A DNA stretch of 64,000 nucleotides from a virus, in the IMG/VR virus record IMGVR_UViG_3300049491_000418, positions 32,001 through 96,000 of that record. One strand, written 5' to 3'. The notes under the pieces were generated by a model, which worked only from the letters and a program-made list of their open reading frames with translations, had not been told where the DNA came from and ran no database searches. Below, in pieces: positions 1 to 8,388 of the stretch. Made by a program: the position numbers and the translations under genes. How positions within the stretch are numbered: the stretch's first letter is position 1; each line of letters opens with the position of its first letter.

Positions 1-10
1 TTTAGGAAAC

Positions 11-2251
11 ATGACTAATATTATTACTTACAAGGCACATAACTTTGATTGTCCAAATTGTCAAACAGTACCTGCAGTAGCTAATCCAAATAGAACTTTC
101 TATGATGGTATATTTTATTTGTTTGCCTATGGAATACCTAACTTTTATGTTGAGACTAGTTATAATGTTGATTTAAGACAAGCTTTCAATAATAAGGAAG
201 GAGACTTTTGGCCACATGTAAGTAATAGTATTCCTGATGATTGGGTACAAGAAAGTTTTGTAACTATTGCACAGGATAATACCTATTATTATAATGGATC
301 ATTCTCTAAACAAAACACAGAGAATTATTTCTCTCATATACCAGCAAATTTTGAATTTGATGATTGTACTAGTAATTATCCATTTAGAGCTATATTTTCA
401 GATCCTCAAATAGCTACAGCAGATACTACAGTTAATAACTGGTTGACATATAGAGCAAGTGCTTATTTTGATTTTCCTCAAAACTATGGGGCACTAACTT
501 CATTGGATGGAATTGATAAAGGACAAGTATTGGCAAGATTTGAAAACAAAGCTTTATTATATAATGCATTATATACAACTCAAACAAATACAAATGGACA
601 AGTTTATTTAGGACAATCATTGTTTACTAGACAACCACCTCCTTATGATTATGTAGAAACTGATTTAGGTTATTTAGGAAGTCAACATAAGTTTCTTCTT
701 AAAATACCTCAAGGTCAAATAACTATTGATGCTAAGAGAGGTCAAGTGTTCCTTATGAACAATACTAAGGCACAAGATCTTTCAGCACCTGGTTCAGGTA
801 TGAATAGATTCTTTACAGATCATTTGGCCTTTGAGATATTGAGATATTTTCCTAATGTTAATATTGACAACAATTTTAATAGAATAGGTCTTCATGGTGT
901 ATATGATAGCAAATTTGATAGAGTTATTATAACCAAGCTTGATTATATTCCTTTAAGTACTGATATTGTATTTGATATGGATTCTCAGTCTTTCTATAAA
1001 GAGACTCAGGCAGAGATTGGTGTGTTTAAAGAACCAATTTCTGTAAATAATCCTGTTTACTTTTGTAATAAATCATGGACTATCTCTTATAGCTTTATTA
1101 CCAATAGTTGGTTATCTTTTCATAGTTATATACCTAATTGGTATATTGGTGAAAATAACTTTTTCTATTCTGGTAAAAAATCTTGTTGTGAACCTTTTAA
1201 ATTTTTAGCAGGAGAGATTATTGCAAATCCTTTAACAACCACAACAACAACTGCTTTCCCATTACCACCAACTACAACATCTACTACAACTATTGCTTTA
1301 GATTGTACATTGATTGGTGTGGCACAAGGAACTAGCTGTGAATTAGAAGGAACAGGTATAATAACCATACCTCCTCCAGGGCCTCCATGTACAAGACCTT
1401 CAGGATTAGATCCATTTGCATTATACACAGGTTACAATGTAATAGCTCCTCCTTCTTCAGTGGTTTCTACAGCTAGTTTTAGTGAAGCATGTAATGCTAA
1501 GTCATATATGTTGTATAATCTTGTCAATGTAACTCCTACTACTATAATAGGTTGGACAACTTCATTAGTTGTTGGTGTTACTGTATATGCTAATAATGCT
1601 ACTCAAGATTGTGAAGTTATACCAGATGGATTCTATTTCACACCTATAACTTTAGATGGTATTTATGAAGTTGTTAATGGTGTTATTGTATCAATAACTC
1701 CATGTAGTTTAACCACTACAACAACATCATCTTCCACAACTACAACTACAACTACAGCATTCCCAGTAATCCCTTGTAATTCATTAGTATCTTCTGGTGG
1801 AGTGGGTATAACAGAATACATAGTAGCTCTTGTATCAGAGGGTGGAACAGTAGCAATGGCATTAAATGCTGTAAGTGTTCCTGATAAATTAGAGATACTT
1901 CATAATGGTATTAAAAAAGCTACCTCAGGAATGACAACTCCTAATGAGGGACCATTTGATAACTTATATGGAGATCCTACAATTCCAACTGTACCTGAGA
2001 CAAATGCTACAGATCAATTTATTGGAACATCTAAAGGAACTATTCCTAATAGACAAGCTACATTTGCATCTGAAACAGGTTCAGGATTAATTATACCAGG
2101 AAGTTATCAACAAATAATCTGGTGGGAATACACTAATGCAGATTTTCTAATAAATCCTGTAGCAGTTATTAGAGTTACAGGTCCTGATACTACAGCTTGG
2201 GAGATACAAAGAATGTGTGAAACAACAACAACTACCACAACAACACCATAG
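11..2251 (+). CDS. Tail stabilisation-like virion protein (probably N-terminally truncated by the window), with a Cys/Thr-rich C-terminal extension
   Basis: Frame is open back to the window edge. Motifs resemble crAss-like tail stabilisation proteins (YLGSQHKF, IDAKRGQVF, GVYDSKFDRVIITK, NKSWTISYS...WLSFHSYIP). Three poly-Thr tracts follow aa ~408. Confidence 0.7.
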   Translation: MTNIITYKAHNFDCPNCQTVPAVANPNRTFYDGIFYLFAYGIPNFYVETSYNVDLRQAFNNKEGDFWPHVSNSIPDDWVQESFVTIAQDNTYYYNGSFSKQNTENYFSHIPANFEFDDCTSNYPFRAIFSDPQIATADTTVNNWLTYRASAYFDFPQNYGALTSLDGIDKGQVLARFENKALLYNALYTTQTNTNGQVYLGQSLFTRQPPPYDYVETDLGYLGSQHKFLLKIPQGQITIDAKRGQVFLMNNTKAQDLSAPGSGMNRFFTDHLAFEILRYFPNVNIDNNFNRIGLHGVYDSKFDRVIITKLDYIPLSTDIVFDMDSQSFYKETQAEIGVFKEPISVNNPVYFCNKSWTISYSFITNSWLSFHSYIPNWYIGENNFFYSGKKSCCEPFKFLAGEIIANPLTTTTTTAFPLPPTTTSTTTIALDCTLIGVAQGTSCELEGTGIITIPPPGPPCTRPSGLDPFALYTGYNVIAPPSSVVSTASFSEACNAKSYMLYNLVNVTPTTIIGWTTSLVVGVTVYANNATQDCEVIPDGFYFTPITLDGIYEVVNGVIVSITPCSLTTTTTSSSTTTTTTTAFPVIPCNSLVSSGGVGITEYIVALVSEGGTVAMALNAVSVPDKLEILHNGIKKATSGMTTPNEGPFDNLYGDPTIPTVPETNATDQFIGTSKGTIPNRQATFASETGSGLIIPGSYQQIIWWEYTNADFLINPVAVIRVTGPDTTAWEIQRMCETTTTTTTTP

Positions 2252-2253
2252 TC

Positions 2254-3120
2254 ATGTCAAAAACAATAGTCATAAAGTTAACAGAAGGGAGTGAGGGGAT
2301 TGGTCCCTTCACACTCTCTGATGTTTTAGGTAACATCATAGAAAGCAACATTCCATTAAGTGAATTAATTTCTGGAAAAGTTTTCATTGTTGATGATAGT
2401 CTTACTATGGTTGTGTTAGAATCTACAGGAAAATGTAGAGTAAGTGTAACTCAGTCTTTAGTTGATATTACTAAAGATGAATACAGACATGCTACATTCA
2501 TGTATACTTATCAAGGATGTTCCTGGAGACACCTAACAGATGTAGTACACTATAATTACTACTATGGTAACACAGAACCTTATATTATTGAGTATCCTTT
2601 CTCTTACCAATATCTTGATGAGATTCTACAAGGAGTACAAGACTACACAAAAGTATATGAATATACCAAAGATCCTACTGGTGTGTTTTCTGATGTATTA
2701 AAAGTTCAACCAAATAACAAATGGTTTAACAAAGCCATTCTTTATAATGATCAACAGTCTACAGGATTATTGGAACTAGAACCAAAACCAGTCAATAACC
2801 TTAAGGCTTATAATTCTTACCCAAAATATACTACTGATAGTAAAATAATCACATATACCAAAAGTGATAACTTCTATCAGTATAATACATTCTGGAACAT
2901 AGTAAAAGATCCTCTACAATTCATTTTCAGACCTTCCTGTGAATCATTATCTATTGATAAGGTTCTTAACCAGGCCAACATGGATTATTCAACTAGAAGC
3001 TTTAAAAAGGCTCCTATTAGAGCCAAGGATCTTAAGATAAGACATATATTAGATAACTCAAGTACAACTCACCTGGTGTCTCAGTTCCTACTAGCACCAG
3101 CTCAAAACTCTTATAAGTAA
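2254..3120 (+). CDS. Virion structural protein resembling the C-terminal part of the tail stabilisation protein
   Basis: WRH...NYYYG..PYIIEYP and WFNKAILYNDQQSTG motifs. Starts 2 nt after the upstream stop. Confidence 0.55.
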   Translation: MSKTIVIKLTEGSEGIGPFTLSDVLGNIIESNIPLSELISGKVFIVDDSLTMVVLESTGKCRVSVTQSLVDITKDEYRHATFMYTYQGCSWRHLTDVVHYNYYYGNTEPYIIEYPFSYQYLDEILQGVQDYTKVYEYTKDPTGVFSDVLKVQPNNKWFNKAILYNDQQSTGLLELEPKPVNNLKAYNSYPKYTTDSKIITYTKSDNFYQYNTFWNIVKDPLQFIFRPSCESLSIDKVLNQANMDYSTRSFKKAPIRAKDLKIRHILDNSSTTHLVSQFLLAPAQNSYK

Positions 3121-4985
3121 TGGGATGGATAGATGAAATGGAAAATGGTGGTCAGTTTGATGGCTTAGCCAATAAGGGTTTCAATTATAATGGAGCCTGG
3201 GGAGGACCTGCACAGAATGGAACTAGTATGCCAGGTTCTGTAGGATTCTCTTATGCTAGAACTGGAGCACCTAGTAATGGTCCTTATGCTAAGAAGACTA
3301 CACCATCTGCACAAGATGGGATAAGAATGTCTAATTCTAAAATGAAAAGAGGGGTAGAACTTCTTTTACAAGAAAGAAAAAATGTATTGGCTGATCAAGC
3401 TAAGTTAAGATCAACTGGTCAAGTACTTAATCCAAAATCTGTCAAATTCAAACAACAAGCCCCTAAAAGAGAAGAAGTAAGGAAACATGTATCACAAGGT
3501 AAGCTTGATAAATCTTTGGACATTGCTGTAAATCCTCTTACTGCTTTTGGATATTTGGCTAGAAATGAAAACATACCAGATAACTTTACTTATGGAGAAA
3601 GAAATTCTCTTGATAATGCAATAGATATTATTAATCCTATAGGGGTTGCTGATAACATTGTTAAACTTCCTCAGGATATTGCTAGAGGTAATTATGCTAG
3701 TGCAGGTCTTAGAGCTTTAGATGTATTACCTATGGCAGATTATTTGGCCCCTGCCTTTAAGAATATTAAAAAGAATCCTTTATACCAAAAGTTAGATAGT
3801 AATGTTATATATCCTCTTCAATTTAGAAAAGAAATAAAAGCAATGCAGGACTATCATGCTGGATTACCTACAGAATTTGAAACTCCAGAAGCAAGAGAAA
3901 GATTATCAATAGCAATGGGACTTGATACTGATAAATTACAGTATCCTACATTAACTTCTAACCCCAATATTGGAGGTAGTCATTATGATTCTCTTGATAA
4001 TAGTATTAATATAGATTTTAGACAAGTAAAAGAGATTCAAAAGGATAACTTATTCTCTCCGAAGAGTATTCATGATCATGAAGTTGGACACTGGTTACAA
4101 AGAGAAGCTTATGCACAATCTCCTGAGTTTACACAACGTGTAGAAAAATATCATAAAGATTTAGATAAATTCAACAATCCTGATGCTTATCCTTTAAGTG
4201 AAGGAGAGAAAACATTAAAAAGATTAGGTTTATTAAATCCTCCCAGAAAACCAGAAATGCCTATAGCTACACCGCATCCAAGTAAGATTGATGAATATGC
4301 TCTTGATATGTATGATTATGATCAAAATACAAAAGAGATACGTTCTAAAATATATGATGATATTATTATGGATGATAATATTCCTATAGAGGAATTTACA
4401 AGAGTAAGTAACAATGTTAAGTACTTCCCAAACAATGAAGTTGAACCTATGGCTCACTTAAGAGAGATGAGACAAAATATGATTAATACAGGCTTTATTA
4501 AAAACAAGTATGATGATATTTCTGAAGAAACTATTAAGGATTTTATGCATCATAATCCACAAGATAGAATTTCTAGTTTTACAGAACCTACTCCTGAAAA
4601 GTTAATGGGATTATCTGAATTGTTTAAATTCTTACCAGCAGCTATACCTGTTGCAGGTGCTGCTACTGTTTCTGCTCAACAGAAAAGAAATGGTGGAGTT
4701 ATTAAAGATGACAATGGTTATTGGAATCCAAACAACTGGGGTAAGGTTGTAGAGATAGGAAGTAATAATATAACAATGAAAGGGGTTGATCAACCTCTAC
4801 TTGGTATTTCTGATACAGGAGATACTAAATATATGGAACCTGGAAAAGGTTATCAATTTGAAGGAAGTAAAGTAACAGAGTTCCCAATAGCACAGAATGG
4901 TAGGGGCTTGACAAAGTTGGATCAATTGACTAACTTTACAAATTATAATAAGCCACAAAAAGGTGGATGGTTGGACCAATTCTAA
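3120..4985 (+). CDS. Putative internal virion (cargo) protein with a central zincin-like HEXXH domain
   Basis: HEVGH at 4077-4091 plus a downstream Glu in NEVEPMAH. Repeated AQNG/AQDG/NGG motifs. Lies between tail genes and the vRNAP. Confidence 0.55.
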   Translation: MGWIDEMENGGQFDGLANKGFNYNGAWGGPAQNGTSMPGSVGFSYARTGAPSNGPYAKKTTPSAQDGIRMSNSKMKRGVELLLQERKNVLADQAKLRSTGQVLNPKSVKFKQQAPKREEVRKHVSQGKLDKSLDIAVNPLTAFGYLARNENIPDNFTYGERNSLDNAIDIINPIGVADNIVKLPQDIARGNYASAGLRALDVLPMADYLAPAFKNIKKNPLYQKLDSNVIYPLQFRKEIKAMQDYHAGLPTEFETPEARERLSIAMGLDTDKLQYPTLTSNPNIGGSHYDSLDNSINIDFRQVKEIQKDNLFSPKSIHDHEVGHWLQREAYAQSPEFTQRVEKYHKDLDKFNNPDAYPLSEGEKTLKRLGLLNPPRKPEMPIATPHPSKIDEYALDMYDYDQNTKEIRSKIYDDIIMDDNIPIEEFTRVSNNVKYFPNNEVEPMAHLREMRQNMINTGFIKNKYDDISEETIKDFMHHNPQDRISSFTEPTPEKLMGLSELFKFLPAAIPVAGAATVSAQQKRNGGVIKDDNGYWNPNNWGKVVEIGSNNITMKGVDQPLLGISDTGDTKYMEPGKGYQFEGSKVTEFPIAQNGRGLTKLDQLTNFTNYNKPQKGGWLDQF

Positions 4986-4996
4986 TTAAAGTAATT

Positions 4997-7900
4997 ATGA
5001 AAGCACAAATTCTAAAAATCTCTGGCCACAAGAATGAGAAAGACTTCTATAAAGAGTTTCCCACCCAAGAAGCTTTTATGGCTAAGCATGGTGCTGCTTT
5101 TAAGAAAGCACAAACTGGAGTAATGATGGATTCCAACAAGAATGGTGTTCCTGATTACTTAGAAAACATCCCTGACAATAGTTGGTATAATAATCAAAAT
5201 TTTGGTCCACAGTATAATCCAGGAATGAACAATACTTCAAGATTTCCAAAACCTGCTCCAAATACTGATTATTTTGATCCAAGTAGTGTTATTCAGCCTT
5301 ATCAAAAAACTGCAATGGATGTTAATAATGAGAGAATGGCTATTGCTGGGGATACACCAGGTGCTACAGATGCTGCTGCTATTACTGAAAGTGTTGCTGG
5401 AGATTATGGTACTTATGTTCAGGCAGGAATACAAGCTATTGGTGCTGGAGTAGATGCAAAGAAGAATTTTAAGAATGAAAGAAAAAATGTAAAGAGTGCA
5501 AGAGCTTGGGCAGATACTAGTGACATTGTTAAAAAATCATTTAATACATTAGATATTGATGCTCCTAATGTGCGTTATGATAATGCTAAAAGAAAAAGAA
5601 ATGCTCTTATGCCTACTATAACAGGAGAGGAATTATTTCCTATATATGGTACTGGTACCAATCCTTTAGGGCAAGCCAAATCAGGTAAGCAAATTAAAAA
5701 AGCCAATAGTGGTGAAATAATGAATACATATGCTCCTGGAGATCTTTATCAGGATTTAGAGTATGAACCATTACAGGAATCGGTATATCAACCATTAAGA
5801 GATGAGGAAATTGTAAAGGCTTATAAATCTGGTGGATTAGTAAAAGCTCAGAATGGAAAATCTAATTATTTTAATTCAGAATCCTTTCAAAGAAATGCTC
5901 CTTCATGGACTTCATTTGCCAATTCTGCTTCTTCTGTAACTGATAATATGGGAGAGAATGGTCCAGATGCTGGTACAGAATTAGGTGGAAATATTGGACA
6001 AGCTGCAGGTAGTGCTGTTGGTATGTATTTTGGTGGGCCCATTGGTGCAGCTGCTTTAGGTGCTGTTGGTAAATGGGCAGGTGGTGCTTTAGGAGGTGCT
6101 TTAGATACAAATGATGATAAAATAAAAGAAGCTAAGTCACGTATGAACAAAAACATGGCTGAGATAACAGGAATAGAACAACTTAGAGGTGATTATTCAG
6201 CTTATGCAGAAGATGGTGGTAATTATAAAAGCCCACAAGTATTAAAGTACTTTGGTAATAACTCTGTAAATGAATTACTTAAACCAGATCCTATGATGAA
6301 TACTCTTAGAACAGGGGGTAATATTAGATCAAATCAAGTTGGTGATATTGAAGCAGTTTCAGGAGGACATCTTGAACCTATATCCTTTAATCCTTACTCA
6401 GATGGTAATGGTGTTGTCAGTATGATTAAAGGACAAACTCATGAAGAAAGTAATGGAAGACACACAGGTGTGTTGTTAAATTATGATAAAGCAGAGCATG
6501 GAAGTAATACTGCACAAGTAGAGGCAGAAACTGGAGAACCTATTACAGAAATAGGAGATAGTGCTGTTATCTTTGGAGATATGGTAATCAATGATAGAAC
6601 TGTTGGAGGGGATCCAATGTTCAAAGGTTTATATGGAAAAACATTTAAGAAAGCTATGGCAGGTCTAGCAGAACAAAATCAGAAACTTAATAAACAACAA
6701 TCCAAAAATACTAATGCTCTTAATGACCTTGATGTGAGAACTCCTATTGATAAGCTTACTCTAAATTCATTAACAATGAATGCTAAAGGTATTGATAATA
6801 AATATGCATTAAATGATGCTATGATGAAGAAAGCAGCTGCTCACCAAGAAGTTGTCAATAATGAAGCAGAAAGATTAGGTATAAACTCTGGGGCTTTTTC
6901 TAGAGGAAAATTAGCTCCTGCAGATAATGAGTCATCTTACTCTAAAAATGGTGGAATAATTAAAGCTCAAAATGGTGTCACTAAAGGAAACCCTAAGTTT
7001 AAAGGTAATATAGATCCTAATAAGAAATATGCTAATACAACTGCTACTCCTGGAGCTTTAGATTATACTCCTATTGGTACAGGAAATGATAATATGTTTT
7101 CTTCTCCAGAGGCTTATGCTAAATATAAAACAGAAACTGAAGCAGCATATAATGATCCAGAAATGGCTAAAGCATTGGTAGATTATTTTAAAAATTATGA
7201 AGGAGAAGATTGGCAAGATGTAAGAGCTTCTATAAATAAAGGTAAAACCTTTGAGGAACAAAAAGCAATAGCACAAAAACTTGCTACAGATGGTCTTCCA
7301 GGAAGATTTCATATCAATACTTCTGATTTTAAAACTGAAGCTCCAGCTGCAACTCCTGCAACTCCTACAACTCCTGCAGAAGAAAAAGATAAGAATTATC
7401 AAGTTACTCCTTATAAAAAAACAGGATTGGAAACTCTTGCAGGACAAATTCTTCCTTGGATGAGAAAACAACCAGGTGAAAGTTTAATGGGAGACCAATT
7501 GGCTGGTGAAATGTTTGCCTTATCCAATAACCAAGAGGAACCTGTGGATGCTAGATTCTATCACCCACAACTTAGAACTCCTTATGATATATCTTATCAA
7601 GATCAATTAAATGAGAATCAAGCTGATTTTAATCAATTAGTAAATGCCTCAGGTAATAATCCAGAAGCATTAGCAGCTTTGGCTGCTCAAAAGTATGGAG
7701 CTAATTCTAAAGTGCTTGCTGAACAATTCAGAGCTAATCAAGCTATGAAAGATCAAGTATATAGTGGAAACATTAATACCCTTAATGAAGCCCAATTGAA
7801 AAATCTTCAAATAGCTGATCAACAATATGTAAGACAAGCTCAAGCTAAATCAGCTACTAAAGCAGTTAAGCAAGAAGCTATTAACTCTATATCAAGTAAG

Positions 7901-8299
7901 ATAGGTCAAAACAGATTGGAGAATAGAACTCTTCAAGTTTATGCTAATATGTTCCCTGATTATTCTTATGATAGTCAATTTAGAATAAGAAAAACAGGTG
8001 CACCTGCAAATATAGATATACCTGTAATTTATAATGAAAAGGGTGAACCTACTCATAAGATTATTAAGGATAAAGAAGGTAAAGTTATAGGTTATGAACC
8101 TATTAATCCTATAGCTGAGACAGATAGTAATAATATTATTCCTATTCCTGCTGCTGGAATTGTACCTATTAATCCAACAGCAGTAAAAAATAATACTACT
8201 AAGACTATGGGAACTTCTAGTTCTACAGGTCCTACTATTATTCAAGATAAAAATAAAAAAAGATATGGAGGTTTAGCAAAAGCTTTTAAAGATCTCTAA
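4997..8299 (+). CDS. Putative ejected/cargo virion protein with a glycine-zipper hydrophobic segment
   Basis: ATG at 4997 is preferred over 4967, which overlaps the upstream gene. Contains the GTELGGNIGQAAGSAVGMYFGGPIGAAALGAVG segment, repeated KAQNG/xxGG motifs and a Gln/Ala-rich helical C-terminus. Confidence 0.6.
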   Translation: MKAQILKISGHKNEKDFYKEFPTQEAFMAKHGAAFKKAQTGVMMDSNKNGVPDYLENIPDNSWYNNQNFGPQYNPGMNNTSRFPKPAPNTDYFDPSSVIQPYQKTAMDVNNERMAIAGDTPGATDAAAITESVAGDYGTYVQAGIQAIGAGVDAKKNFKNERKNVKSARAWADTSDIVKKSFNTLDIDAPNVRYDNAKRKRNALMPTITGEELFPIYGTGTNPLGQAKSGKQIKKANSGEIMNTYAPGDLYQDLEYEPLQESVYQPLRDEEIVKAYKSGGLVKAQNGKSNYFNSESFQRNAPSWTSFANSASSVTDNMGENGPDAGTELGGNIGQAAGSAVGMYFGGPIGAAALGAVGKWAGGALGGALDTNDDKIKEAKSRMNKNMAEITGIEQLRGDYSAYAEDGGNYKSPQVLKYFGNNSVNELLKPDPMMNTLRTGGNIRSNQVGDIEAVSGGHLEPISFNPYSDGNGVVSMIKGQTHEESNGRHTGVLLNYDKAEHGSNTAQVEAETGEPITEIGDSAVIFGDMVINDRTVGGDPMFKGLYGKTFKKAMAGLAEQNQKLNKQQSKNTNALNDLDVRTPIDKLTLNSLTMNAKGIDNKYALNDAMMKKAAAHQEVVNNEAERLGINSGAFSRGKLAPADNESSYSKNGGIIKAQNGVTKGNPKFKGNIDPNKKYANTTATPGALDYTPIGTGNDNMFSSPEAYAKYKTETEAAYNDPEMAKALVDYFKNYEGEDWQDVRASINKGKTFEEQKAIAQKLATDGLPGRFHINTSDFKTEAPAATPATPTTPAEEKDKNYQVTPYKKTGLETLAGQILPWMRKQPGESLMGDQLAGEMFALSNNQEEPVDARFYHPQLRTPYDISYQDQLNENQADFNQLVNASGNNPEALAALAAQKYGANSKVLAEQFRANQAMKDQVYSGNINTLNEAQLKNLQIADQQYVRQAQAKSATKAVKQEAINSISSKIGQNRLENRTLQVYANMFPDYSYDSQFRIRKTGAPANIDIPVIYNEKGEPTHKIIKDKEGKVIGYEPINPIAETDSNNIIPIPAAGIVPINPTAVKNNTTKTMGTSSSTGPTIIQDKNKKRYGGLAKAFKDL

Positions 8300-8341
8300 T
8301 CAATTTGATTATAAATAATCACTTAGGTTTATTAGTCTCTA

Positions 8342-8372
8342 TTGTAGGGTATAATAAATTCAATTAACTTTG
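8342..8372 (+). promoter_or_regulatory. Bacteroidota housekeeping-sigma-type promoter (TTG-N20-TAACTTTG)
   Basis: TAACTTTG at 8365-8372 matches the TAnnTTTG -7 consensus; TTG at 8342-8344; intergenic, 16 nt before the ATG. Confidence 0.6.
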
Positions 8373-8388
8373 TTAATCAATTATTATT

